A DNA stretch of 64,000 nucleotides, taken from positions 110,732,001 through 110,796,000 of the forward strand of contig NC_043000.1 of assembly GCF_006345805.1 (NCBI RefSeq), read 5' to 3'. Of this stretch, positions 26,195 through 39,106 are shown piece after piece. The notes beneath the pieces were generated by a model that made no database searches, was not told the DNA's origin, and saw only the letters and a list, made by a program, of their open reading frames with translations. The position numbers and the translations under genes are program-made. Positions within the stretch are counted from its first letter, which is position 1; every line of letters begins with the position of its first letter. This DNA comes from Octopus sinensis. Taxonomy: Eukaryota.

Positions 26195-26952
26195 TGTGTG
26201 TGTGTGTGTGTGTGTACCTGTATTTCTCTCTCCCACTCTCTTTCTCTCCCCCTCTCTCTCTCTCTCTCTCCCTCTTTCTTTCTTTCTACCTCGTATTCAG
26301 AGAAGATTTTCCTTCTCGTAGTAGCAGAAAAAAAGCAAGATTCCTTTTAATGCACACTGTTCTTCGTTCCAAATTTCGGTATCCATTGAATCGTGATCAG
26401 TTAAAGATCCTGTTAGGCAGCACGACTGCGGGACATCGAAAATGTGTGGACAGAGTAAGGACAGAATCTATTTAACTCGTAGATAAAAACAAATCTTTTG
26501 GAAGGTGACCTTTACTTTCGTTATCACAGAGATAACAATTATTCAAATGCATGGCAATGGCTACCCTGAATTATTTCTCTTCCCTCATTTTTGTTTAAGT
26601 TATGCAAAATTAATCAAGGCCGTGAATGTGTTCTATTCTTTTTTTGTATAAGTGTAAGTTTATTGTCTGCTGGATATAAGATCGGAGACGTTTCCTGCTG
26701 ATGAGGGTTACTGAGTCAGAAACACGCATCTACGACATTCCTCTTATCCCCATACAGTAATCCTGTCTTTCTCTTTAATGGCATGTCAACTTTGGAGACT
26801 TCTCGATTCTTGAAATCATCTCCCCTTCTCAAATGAAACTGGACCTAATTGTCATTTGGTAATTAAGATACATCCTGTAGAGATGGAGACAATTTTAAGA
26901 AAATCAAGAATTTACGCTGTATGGTATTTGATGTACCGGCATTTGTCTATAG

Positions 26953-27257
26953 CAGAGGTTCTCAAACTTTTTGGGCCACCGCCCCCCTCATGGCCACATA
27001 ATACCCCTATTTTTATCTATAAATAAATATTTTATATTTTACTAATTTATATATACTATGAATCATTTGATATTTAATATAATATATAATTTATTTATAA
27101 TATTATGATGATATTATAATAGATTCATAGCGTCCTCCAATTCATTGCCTTCCTCCCAACGCCTCCTTTTTCTCTACCGCCCCCTTAGGCACCAGCGCTC
27201 AACTGGACCGTCTCAACGCCCACCGTGGGGCGTTAGCGCCTACTTTGAGAACCTATT
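26953..27257. mobile_element. hAT (Charlie-like) MITE
   Basis: CAGAGGTTCTCAAA ... TTTGAGAACCTATT ends; 8-bp TSD GTCTATAG / GTTTATAG. Confidence 0.78.
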
Positions 27258-27307
27258 GTTTATAGCATCTGCAACTTTTTATAGATGAAGCAATGCTATG
27301 CTTTGTG

Positions 27308-27550
27308 GAGGCGCGTGACTTTGTGGTTAGGGTGTCAGCATCATGATCGTAAGATTGTGGTTTCGATTCCTGGACCGGGCGACGCGTTGTGTTCTTGAGC
27401 AAAACACTTCATTTTACGTTGCTCCAGTCCACTCAGCTGGCAAAAATGAGTAACGCTGCGATGGACTGGAGTCCCGTCCAGCTGGTGGGGAACACATACG
27501 CTACAGAAACCGGGAAACCGGGCCCATGAACCTGGCTAGGCTTGAAAAGG
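27308..27550 (+). mobile_element. SINE family C
   Basis: GGAGGCGCG head, GGTTTCGATTCC B-box, TTGCTCCAGTCCACTCAGCTGG body. Confidence 0.82.
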
Positions 27551-28298
27551 ACAACTAAAATGCTATGGTTTGGGCCATGGCACTTTGGTAAACGCTGCTG
27601 GTTTTTGCTTCGCGACTGTTTGTCGGTGATTAAGCCGGTTCGTTCGCAGTCAACCCCTGTCAGGATATCTACGTAGAGAGATAATTCCACTTTCTACCAC
27701 TTGTCGTGCGCCATATAAAGAATACAAGTGCACAACGGGTATGTGCATGTGTGTGTGCGTGTGTGTGCCCGGGTGAACTATCCTTTTATAGGCCCTCGTA
27801 GGCACTTTATTTTTCACAGCTTGGCGAAAACTGCATGTTTCTCAAAGAGATATTCTTTCAAATAATACGCCATCAAAAACAACAAAAAAAAGAAAAGAAA
27901 AGAAATAACTGGTTTGCATTACGTTTATCTGTGTATGTATATATGAGTGTGTTGTTTGTGTGTGCGTATGTGCATATAAATAAATGTGTGTGCATGTCTG
28001 TATACAAATACATACATACTCACGTACGCACGCATACAGATACGCTAGCACACAGACACACACACACATGCAGTAACAGCGACTGATGTCATTTAAAGTG
28101 GTTTCTCTATAGACAATGGCGCGTTTATCACAATCTGATCTTCTCCCACAGACTTCCTGATTAAGACAGCAATATGCAGGAATGCAGTGAGCTGCATTGT
28201 TGCGCAAAGTCAAACTTGCTAACTTTTGCAGTCAACTTCCTACTAACATTTGCTGCTGGTAAATAAAAAACAAACTGGCAAATGAACCCATTAAAAAT

Positions 28299-28349
<51 letters not shown>

Positions 28350-29322
28350 TTTGTGTAATGTGTTTGTATGTCATGTGTCGACTAAATGAATCATAAAATG
28401 TATATATATATGTATGTATATATATGTTACAATAATATAACATACCGAAGCATATTGTTGTTTCTGTGAATGTTTTCCTCTTCGTAAAAAATGTAGCCCG
28501 AAGCTTTTATACCAGGAAATGAATAAGAGAAAAAATACTGAAAATGAGTTCCAGGTTGTGTGTGTGTGTGTGTGTGTGTGTGTTTGAGTTAGAAAACCGA
28601 GAGCTCAAATGGATAGAAATCAATTTATTAATTAATCAACATATTAACCAACAATTGTTTCATTTCTCAAATAAGATTAAAATTACAAAACATACTCTTT
28701 ACTCTTTTACTCTTTTACTTGTTTCAGTCATTTGACTGTGGTTTGAATATCCTCATTGTGACTATATATATGGTCACATTGTGACTATAAAGAAGGCCAT
28801 GCTGGAGCTCTTGCCTTCTTTTTAATAATCTGGAACTTTTTCTATCACCTCTTTTGCTGAACCGCTAAGTTACACACACACTAACAGCAGTAAACAAACT
28901 AACAGCAGTTGCCAAGAGGTAGCGGGGGAGAAGCACGGATATGAAGACAAACACACACATATACACAACGGGCTTCCTCGCAGTTTCCATGAATCAAATT
29001 CATTCACGAGGCATTGATCGACCACTGCCTGAGGTGCCGCGCTGTAGGACTGAACCCGAAATTTCGTGATTGCAAAGCGAGTTTCTGAACCACACAGCCA
29101 TACCTGTATCTACTTGAACGTAGAATATAAATGGACGTAGCTTAATACTCCATAGTGTTTAGTTCGACATATTTATTCGGATTTCCAAATATTTTCTTGA
29201 AAATAATTTCCTCCTCCACCTCCTCTTTCTTCTCCTCCGCCTCTTCTTCCTTCCCCTTTCTCTTCATTCTGCTCCTCCACTTCTTCTTCTCCTTCTTCTT
29301 CTTCTTCTTTTCTTCTTCTTCT

Positions 29323-29354
<32 letters not shown>

Positions 29355-30072
29355 ATCATCATCATCATCATCATCATCATCTTCTTCTCCTCCTCCTCCT
29401 CCTCCTGCCTCTTCTCTTTCTCCTCCTCCTTATTAAATATAAAAATGTTACACTTACCATTTTTGCATTTGTCCAAAGTCTGATAGCATGACATTTGTGA
29501 TTAAAAGATTCTTAAAAATTTTTCGTGTTGGAAAATATGATGTTATTGAAAATCAGAATACATTCTTATCTGGACTCTATTTTCTTCTTCTTCTTCTTCT
29601 TCTTCTTCTTCTTCTTCTTCTTCTTCTTCTTCTTCCGTTTTAATCACTTTTCGGTAATTCCCTATGGCGAGTACAGAAACAGCAAATTCAGTAAAATGGC
29701 AAAAACACGAAATAATATTTCGATAATCAATTTGATTTCACAGAAAATAGTTTCGATGGAAAGAAACCTATTCCGAAACAAAACCATCGATATATTCTTC
29801 TACTTCATCTATATTTCATGTAGCCACAATTTTACCATTCCGGTCATCTATTGACATCAGGATTAAGATCCACATGCGTGATTCCAGACAAATGCGCAGT
29901 TTTGGGAGAATTCTTAGACATAAAAAAGAAAAATGATCACAAACATGCAAAACATTTGTACTGAATATGTGTGTGTGTGTATATATACATACACCACCAC
30001 ACACACACACACACATATAATATTATATATCACACACAACATGTATATATGTGTGTGTGTGTGTGTGTGTGT

Positions 30073-30365
30073 GGAGGCGAAATGGCCCAGAGGTTAGGGC
30101 AGCGGACTCGGGGTTGTAGGATTTCGGTTTCGATTCCCAGACCGGGCGTTGTGAGTGCTTATTGCGCGAAAACACCTAAAAGCTCCACAAAGCTCCAGCA
30201 GGGGGTGGTGGCGATCCCTGCTGTACTCTTTTGCCACAACTTTCTCTCGCTCTTTCTTAGCCAGCCGGGTGGCGTCATTTGAAGGCTAAAACAATGCGAA
30301 GTGCATTGTGACCAGCGATGTGTAGCAATATCTGATAGCCTGGTCGGTCACGATAATCACGGTGA
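30073..30365 (+). mobile_element. SINE family C
   Basis: GGAGGCGAAATGGCCCAGAGG A-box, GGTTTCGATTCCC B-box, tail GCATTGTGACCAGCGATGTGTAGCAA. Confidence 0.87.
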
Positions 30366-30367
30366 TA

Positions 30368-30505
<138 letters not shown>

Positions 30506-30538
30506 AATGAAATAAAAAAAACAGAAACACAAGGATGT

Positions 30539-30632
30539 CACGGTACACGTGTTTCAAGCTTTATAAAACAACCTATTCTTACGTCAATGTATAATCGACA
30601 TAACAGATGGTTTAAAGCTCTCTTCAGCCGCA
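30539..30632 (-). ncRNA. Type I hammerhead ribozyme with long stem II, apparently intact
   Basis: Minus strand: TGCGG-CTGAAGA-GAGCTTTA..AACC..TTATGTCGAT-TATAC-ATTGACGTAA..GGTT..TAAAGCTT-GAAA-CACGTG-TA-CCGTG; palindromic stem III ACACGTGT, GUA triplet. Confidence 0.82.
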
Positions 30633-30672
30633 TGCAATTGCTATACCAAAGACTTACATCACATTATATATA

Positions 30673-30703
<31 letters not shown>

Positions 30704-30974
30704 CAAAATGAGAAAATACCCTTGCCCACATAATACAGTAGATGAATTAATTGCACCGCAATTTTTAACATTTATGTATTAGTCTTGTTGGGTACCTCTC
30801 TAGCAGTATATTGGATATATGTTATCCCATGGAGGGTTGAATTTACAACCCCTATCTCATGTTATAACTATAATAATATATATATATATTATATATTATA
30901 TAATATATATATATATATATATATAGGCGCAGGCATGGCTGTATTTTTAAGAAACTCGCTTTGCAATCAAGCAG

Positions 30975-31770
30975 TTATTCCTCTCCTTTCTTTGAGTCTT
31001 GCCCATTCTTTCCTGTCAGGGCATAGTTACCTCCAGAAGGACCAGCTTCTTTGTTGCACCGAAGACTTCAGCTGTTTCTCCAGATCAGCTTCCATCGCCC
31101 AGTCTTATACCGTGGAAAGTATTCCCTCCAAGACGCTCTTGGCTATTTTCGTTGTTTTCTCCCCCTCCTCTCTCTCCTTAACAAAAGCTATTCTTCTCTC
31201 AGTAGTGCTGCCATTTTTGCTGTCGTTGATGCCCTTCCTGCTTGCCTAAGCGATGGTCACGGTGAGCTGATTGTGTCTCCAGCGATACCTACCCTTATTA
31301 AGGGCCTTGGATCGACTGCTTTATAAATGCTCAAGGTTACCTGTCTTAGAACACAGTGCACATACAAGGGTGCTGACTGAGCCCTATGTCAGCGGGTTAC
31401 ATAGATTTAGACCGACGTTATAAACGCACCCCCACTGATCAAAAACTTAGACCTCTGAAGGTCCTTACAGTCAGAAATCCTTCCAGATTGCCTACACCTA
31501 CTTCATCCAGGCACCCTTTTTTCCACATCACCACAACTTGCTTTCACCTTCTTCCCTTGATGCTTGCCCCCATCCCCACCCCGCTGCACCAGCTCCCTCC
31601 TCTCCTTCATGTTAACTGTGTCATATCGTATTGTTGTCGAGCTTCCAAATCGAGGCCTACCATGTGCCACGCTCCCAACGAGGGTTTTGTCTTCCAACCG
31701 CTTAAATGCTTTCTGAACTACCTTAGTTGCCTTCCACAGGAAGTTAGCCGACTACACCGACCCAAGTATT
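30975..31770 (-). mobile_element. Degenerate HERO-like (RLE-class) non-LTR retrotransposon fragment
   Basis: Broken frames give LVGSVAHGR...KERRELVQ, CALCSKTGNLEH...KALNKGRYRWRHNQ, DWAMEADLEKQLK and KKLVLLEVTMP, in the order thumb, CCHC, RLE. Confidence 0.75.
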
Positions 31771-31812
31771 TAAGTGGTACTTATTTTATCAACCCCGAAA
31801 AGATGAAAGGCA

Positions 31813-31960
31813 AAATCGTGCCAGTAACGAGGCCAAACATCTCTGAAAGTTTTATCCGAATCCATCCAGCGGTTCTTGGGATATCTTGTCCTCGGACAAA
31901 CAAACAAACAAACACGACTGAAAACAATACCTCTGCCTTCGCAAAGGCGGGGGTAAAAAA
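31813..31960 (+). mobile_element. 3' end of a Helentron/DINE-like non-autonomous element
   Basis: (ACAA)n followed by the terminal hairpin TACCTCTGCCTT-CGCA-AAGGCGGGGGTA (31928-31955) and an A-run. Confidence 0.55.
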
Positions 31961-32266
31961 AAACCCCTTTCTATTTATTTATAAGCACAAAACCTGAAGT
32001 TTTCGGGAAGGTGTTTCGTCGACTGTATCGACCTCACTAACTGACTGGCACTTATTTTGTAGACCCGAAAGGATGAAAGGTCAAGCCGACCTCAGCGGAA
32101 TTTGAACCCGGATTCCGATGAGATAGATGGTGGTGAGAGTAAGCCAAAAAGACAGAACTGTTTCTTTCCGACGAAGGCAGAATCCCAAGACCCCGGTTCA
32201 ATGTTCTCTTTATTCTCAACGCAGGACATACGACAAATAAACTCAGCCGAATTCGCCAACTTGACA

Positions 32267-32318
32267 ATGTCTGCAGGAGATAAAGTCGTCTTTTATTGCG
32301 TATTATATTTCTGCTGCT
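32267..32318 (+). CDS. Candidate first coding exon (exon 32225-32318), signal-peptide-like MSAGDKVVFYCVLYFCC, phase-1 donor
   Basis: Acceptor TTCTCTTTATTCTCAACGCAG|G, ACAATGT start context, hydrophobic 17-codon stretch, donor GCT|GTAAGT; no partner exon confirmed. Confidence 0.45.
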
Positions 32319-32721
32319 GTAAGTTCCAGCATCTCTCATAGTCTTCATTTCGAGATATTTCCATTCTGGATATTTTCTTTATTTCTTTCTCTGACAGCTG
32401 ATACTTATTTGATTGGTAACATAACATAAATCATTGTACACGGTTTTGATTTGTTTATTCTAGCAGACAGACTGACGGTGAAAGAGATAAATGGACCAAT
32501 TGATAGATAGACGGATAGACATACATATATACGGGTACAGAATATTGTCATATACACACATACATACGTGCCAACATACATATATATATATATAATTATA
32601 CACACATTCACACATGCGTGCGCATACTTGCGCACAAACACAAATATATACGTCTACACACACATACAGAGACCAGATAATACAAATTTATATCTGTGTA
32701 TGTATGTGTGCATGTATACCT

Positions 32722-32788
<67 letters not shown>

Positions 32789-32869
32789 AATGTATGTATC
32801 TATCTATCTGTCTATCTAACTATATGTATGTATGCATATATATATATCTATATATAATATATATATTAT

Positions 32870-33380
32870 ATTCTTTTCATCCTTTTACCTGTTTCAGTCC
32901 TTTGACTGCGGCCATGCTGGAGCACCGCCTTTAGTTGAACTAATCAACCCCATGACTTATTCTTTGTAACCTTAGTGCTTATTCTATCGGACTTTTTTGC
33001 CGAACCGCTAAGTTACGGCGACGTAAACACGCCAACATCGGTTGTCAAGCGATGATGGGAGGACAAACACAGACAAATACATTATATATATATATATATA
33101 TATTGACCGACCAGACCATCAGATGTTGCTACACATCGCTGGTCACAATGCGTTCGCATTGTTTTAGCCTTCGAATGACGCCACCCCGCTGGCTAAGCGA
33201 GCAGGCCAATACACACACACACAATGGCCTTCTCTCAGTTTTCATCTACCAAATTCACTCACAAGGTTCTGGTCGTCCCGAGGCTATAGTAGAAGACACT
33301 TGCCCAAGGTGCCACGCAGTGGGACTGAACCCAGAACTATGTGGTTGGGAAGCAAGCTTCTTACCACACAACCACTCCTA
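32870..33380 (-). mobile_element. SINE family B with a nested family C tail (~33104-33208)
   Basis: B body interrupted inside its microsatellite by the reverse-complement C tail CATCGCTGGTCACAATGCG. Confidence 0.85.
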
Positions 33381-33506
33381 TAAATATACATATATATACA
33401 CACAAACACAATCATATATATAAGTGTAAAGAGGGGAAAGTGGTGGGGAATAGGTGATCAAACTGACAGACAGACAGACTGATAGACAGGCAGATAGCTA
33501 GCTACC

Positions 33507-33575
<69 letters not shown>

Positions 33576-33679
33576 GAATAAATAGATAGATAGATAGATA
33601 GAGATAGAGAGAGAGAGGGAGAGAGAGGGAGAGAGAGAGAGGGGTGGGATAAGAAGTTAGTGGGTATATCGGAGGTTAT

Positions 33680-33715
<36 letters not shown>

Positions 33716-33922
33716 GTAGGTAGGTAGGTAGGTGGGTAGGTAGGTAAAAGCTGTACAGATAGGTAAGCCCTCAGACAATTAGACAAGAATAAAATAAATG
33801 GCAAGACGAGAGAGGAAAGCAAGAGAAATGAAAGAAAAGAAGAAAAAGAAAAAGAAAAAGGAAAAAAAGAAGAAATTAATGGGAGAAAGAAAGAGTGAAT
33901 GACAAGGAAAGAAAGATTGACA

Positions 33923-33966
<44 letters not shown>

Positions 33967-34126
33967 GAGAGAGAGAGAGAGAGAGAGAGAAATAGAGAAA
34001 GAAGGGCAGAAAAGATGGGAGAGAGAGAGAAGAGAGTGATTGACAAATCGATAAACAAATACGTAAATCGATATGTGGATAAATAAATAGATAAGTAGAC
34101 AGACAGACAGACAGACAGACAGACCA

Positions 34127-34179
<53 letters not shown>

Positions 34180-34767
34180 TAGATAGATAGATAAATAGAC
34201 AGATAGATCGGAGAGAGAGAGAGAGAGAAACAGAGACAGAGAGAGAGAGAGTAAGTTGAGTTGCTTGATTCTTAGTAAATTGTCAGATGTCGCCACCTAT
34301 TTCATTTCAGTTTGCTTAAAATTGTTCAGCTTCTATTTCGGTCTTTACCGTTTTAGCTTTCGGAATCATTGCTTTTTGTCTTAGACAATGTCTGCGAGAT
34401 TAACCGGAAACGCAAAGGTCAAATCTGTGTATCTTTGATTACTTGTTCGACGATACGCATCAACACGTGGGACTATCAAGCATTAATTGATCTCTAAGAA
34501 CTATATCACGATGGCGCATGGCCTAGTTGTGAACATGTTAGCGGTTTCGATTCCCGCGAGGGTGCTGCCATGTGTTCCTGAGCCACACACTTCATTTTAG
34601 GTTACTCCGTTGAACTCTAAATGGATAACCGTGCAACGGATTGGTGCCCCGTTTAGGGGAAATGTTGGGATCCCAGTCACTTAAACGCGATGAAAGCAAG
34701 GTAACAGGCCCACGAATTCTAGGTCTGGGGACAGTACTTACATTTCATTTACTTTGATATTTATAAG

Positions 34768-34914
34768 CGCAGGCGTAGCTGTGTGGTAAGAAGCTTGCTT
34801 CCCAACCACATGGTTCCGGGTTCAGTCCCACTGTGCAAGTGTCTTTTACTATAACTTCATGTCGACCAAACCCTTGTGAGCGGATTTGGTAGACAGAAGC
34901 TGAAAGAACCCGTC

Positions 34915-34953
<39 letters not shown>

Positions 34954-35145
34954 ATATGCGTATGTATATATATTTATGTGTCAGTGTTCGTCCCACTATC
35001 ACTTGACAACTGATGCTGGTGTGTTTACGTCCCTGTAACTTAGCAGTTCGGCAAAAGAAACCAATCGAATAAATACTAGGCTTACAAAGAATAAGTCCTG
35101 GGTCGATTTGTTCGACTAAAGGCGGTGCTCCAGCATGACGGCAGT
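34768..35145 (+). mobile_element. SINE family B
   Basis: GCGCAGGCGTAGCTGTGTGG head, GGGTTCAGTCCC, tail AAAGGCGGTGCTCCAGCATG. Confidence 0.87.
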
Positions 35146-35608
35146 AACCTGTAACCAATAATTGGTTTATATTTGAAGTTTGATTTATATCATGAACACA
35201 TCATTGCTCGTTAGTGGTGATGTTGATGGCGGGGGTGAATTTGCAGAGTAATTAGAGCATCAGTTTCGTCGTTTTGTTCTCTGAATCGAAATCGTGTTGG
35301 GGTCCACTTGAATTCTTGATTATGAATTCTTGTGTGTAGAACACAAATTCGCAAATTTTTTCCGAAAATTCTTAAAAATAAAAACGGTATGAGGGGGTTT
35401 ACATGGGATGCTTAAACCAGATTCCACCACCTTGTGCAATATTCGGGCTTTTTGCCTTCCTAAGAGCAACGCTTGCGATGATTTTGGTTCTAAGCTATAA
35501 CGCCCAATTCTGCGGCATTTTTCTCTCGATAACATCGGTGGCGTGGTGAGATGAAACTTGTGGAGTTGCAGTCAGTCAAGTGAATCAAATGAAATGTAGT
35601 TGAACGCT

Positions 35609-35839
35609 GACTTCAGGACAGAATCCCCCCGGGGACAAAATCCTCTCGGAGACAAAATCCCCAGAGGACAAATTTTACCCAAAAAATCAACAAATAAATA
35701 TTAAAACTTTTTTTTATAAAATTTAACTTTCCCGAAATATTTTATTGTAAAAAAAGAACAATATTATTGAGGATGTTGACTGCCGGAGGACTTTATCCGG
35801 GGGGTGGGGTTGTCCAGTGGGTTTTTTTGTCCTGGTGCC
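35609..35839. mobile_element. Old MITE with subterminal GGACAAAATCC repeats
   Basis: Four GGACA(A/G)AAT-type units on the left and inverted GG...TGTCC units on the right. Confidence 0.55.
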
Positions 35840-36704
35840 GGAAGGGGGAAGCAATTTAGTAAAGAGCCCGGAGAGTCGAAAGTAGGCCAGGAGAAACCAG
35901 CATAAATTTAACAGTGTCAGTAATATATCATTTGATAGGTTGCACGTTTTACGTGACTTGCTTTTCTGTGCGAAAGCATAATAAAGTAGTGGAAAGTTCC
36001 CAGTATGCAGAGTATGTGATTTGGGTTCGATTCCTTGTTGCGTGAGTTCTTTTCATGTATTGTTTATATCAATGATTGTTGGTCTTTGTCACTATCCCTC
36101 GAATAGATTCCGCTCAGCGCAGCCAGACTGACTGGCTCTAAACATGTTACATAAAGACCTTTAAGATGTTTTCGTTTCACATTTAATATACGCTTCCTGT
36201 TTAAAAATGCTCTAATGTTAAATATTAGAATTACTTCCTGTTAAAATATCTTTACATTTCAGATTTAATATGTGCTTCCTGTTAAAAGATATCGGTCTTT
36301 ACTTATGCAGGCACAGCTGTGCTCGTAAGAGGCTCGGTTTGCAAGCATGTAGTTCTGACTTCCATCCAAGTCTACGGCAAATTTCAACTCTTATATCATA
36401 CGATCACGAGGTTACCTCAGTTTGATCCTGACTGAACTGCCTACTCTTTGGACTTGCATATCTTAACCACTTCCCGAACTTTCAGCACCTCTTCTCATCC
36501 ACATACCAGCACTCCACCCGGATTACCACTAGTTCTACTGAGTCTACATTCACGGATTTCACTGGATTTTTTCGTTGATATATATATATAGGGAGAGTTT
36601 ACGAAAAAAAAACAAAAGACGGTGTTTGTGTACAAAATAAACAGATGTGTTAGTATAACGCTCAGGAATTGAAAAAGTCTTTTACGTTTCGAGCCTATGT
36701 GTGT

Positions 36705-36747
<43 letters not shown>

Positions 36748-37275
36748 TGTAATAAATGAAAGGTTCCGATTTCCAGTTCTGAGAGTTGTTTTTCGACCAT
36801 CAACTGGTAAACCAAAGCTAGTTCCCTTTTGAATATCCATTGTCTTTCATTTCTTATTTCATAAAAAAATATTCAGACAGTGAATATTGAAAAGAGAACC
36901 ATGCTCGGTTTGGCAGCCGATGGTCAGAAAGACGTTGTTTAATTGTAATAAATTTATATTTTCGTACACTCTACCTGTATACTGCCCTCAACGTTATATT
37001 TACATGCACAGAATCTAACAAAAGCACTAAAAAATTTCTTTCCAGGAGTGTATGATGAAAACATACAAAATTTGCTTTTTTTTTTTTTTTTCATAAAATA
37101 TACTTGGAAAATAGGAATGTATCTTATGCGAGTGTGTCTTATAAACCGGCAAATACAGCACTCGATGGTGGAATAGAATATTATTTTAACTCACAAACAT
37201 CAAGAACTTTAATTATTTTTCCTTTGAGATATCCTCCCCATTCCGTCAGTGTTCTTTGATCACTAGAAAGGTGAC

Positions 37276-37322
<47 letters not shown>

Positions 37323-37881
37323 TCCCTTCTCTCTCTCTCTCTTCCCTTCTATCTCTGTCTCTCTCTCACACACACACACACAACACAAAATATTTTACCT
37401 AATAATAATAATAATAATAATAATAATTCTATCAGAATCGTCGCTCTGTTTCTAAGACCCATTTCTAGCAAAGCATGACAATTCCAAAAGAAATCCATTC
37501 CTTACAGTTCTTTGATTCTTTGATCTCACTCTAATTTCCTTACCTTTTTCTTCTCTTTTTTTCTTTTTCTCCACTTTTTCTTAGAACTTTGACCACAAAG
37601 ACTCACACATTCTGTGAAATGTTCCAGTTTAATTCTCAAGCTTCCAATATTCCATTTCAATTTCCTCACTTTCCAAACTAGAGGGAATCGTAATGAAATA
37701 ATATCATGTTCTCACACCACTGGCACCAAGGAATTCTGGTAACTTCCTGTTTCTGCGATTAATTAAAAACACAAAGGGAAGAACAGATTTTTTTTTATAT
37801 TCTTCGTGTTTATTACTTCTCTTACGACCGCCTTTGTCACTGCCGTTGTTATTGTCACAGTTTCTGCAGCAGTATGAACTA

Positions 37882-37916
<35 letters not shown>

Positions 37917-39064
37917 ACCGCTGCTGCTGCGTGGCGACGGCGGAGTTTGAACTCAGACTGTCAAGAGCTGGAAGAAATGTCGCTAAGCAGTTAGTCCGAT
38001 GCGATATCGATTCTGCCAACCTGTTGATTTCTTAATAATTATTTCTACTCTAGGTAAAATCTTTGGGGGAAGGGGGCTAGTCGACTATATGGACCCCAGT
38101 GCGTAACTGGTACTTATTTAATCGAACCTGAAAGGATGAAAGGCAAAGTCGACCTTGGCGAAATTTGTTTTCAGAATACAAAGGACCGGAAGAAATGCCG
38201 CTGTGTATTTGATCCGGCGAAAGTAACGATTCTACCAAATGATGATGATGATGATGATGATGAATCCTTTATTAACCGTTAAGGGTTTACAAGAAGACCG
38301 AGGACTGTACAGTGCGACGCAAAACTATATGACACGATGTGAGTTTATGTGAAAGCATGTGAACAGTATAAAATAACAGAAACGAAGAAACGAAAATATT
38401 CAACCAAGAAAATTCCCTGAAGTGGGGGAGACTTCCAAAGACTGTTCGTGGAGACCCCACAGAACCATGGTCATTCTGATCACTTATAGCTAGAACCAAC
38501 TTTTCCTCCCCCTCCCTCAACCTTCACGCGCATGCTCAGAGGAAGGCCCTTTGCATGGACCATTCTTTCCACTCTCACCCACCTCTCAACAAGTTTGCTC
38601 AGGATTTAACCAAAGAGGCCCCGGGACGATTTTCACAATGGACTCGGCTGATAGCCGGATCCAATAATAAATCTGCCTTTGTCTTAAAACAGCACAAAAC
38701 TTGGTGTCCACTAGAGGTAATTTCCTACGGGACGCCGAGGAAGAGTAGTCAATGGTAGTTTGTATTTTATCGTAAATGGAATGTGCTCTGAAGTCATTTA
38801 GTACACTCTGGGTGTGTTCTTCTTCATCCACCTGGCAGTGCGAGGAATCGTTTTCATAACAAGGTTAATATCTTAAACATACCAAAGGTACAAGGCACAT
38901 ATTAATATATTGAATACAGTTTATGTTTCTCTCGTCTGTTTATCTCTGCGCGCCGCCATCGTAAGATGGCGACGTTCCAACAATCCAAATTGCGACAACA
39001 CCGCCTTTTATCTGTTAGAAAATCTATGTGTTAGTGAATATAATGTGTGTGTGTGTGTGTGTGT

Positions 39065-39106
<42 letters not shown>

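Noticed and set aside
30073-30145. tRNA gene (also other SINE heads)
   Set aside because: A and B boxes are present, but the sequence continues into a SINE body and lacks a complete cloverleaf.
37520-37600. Acceptor for the 32318 donor
   Set aside because: A phase-1 join creates an immediate TAA stop.
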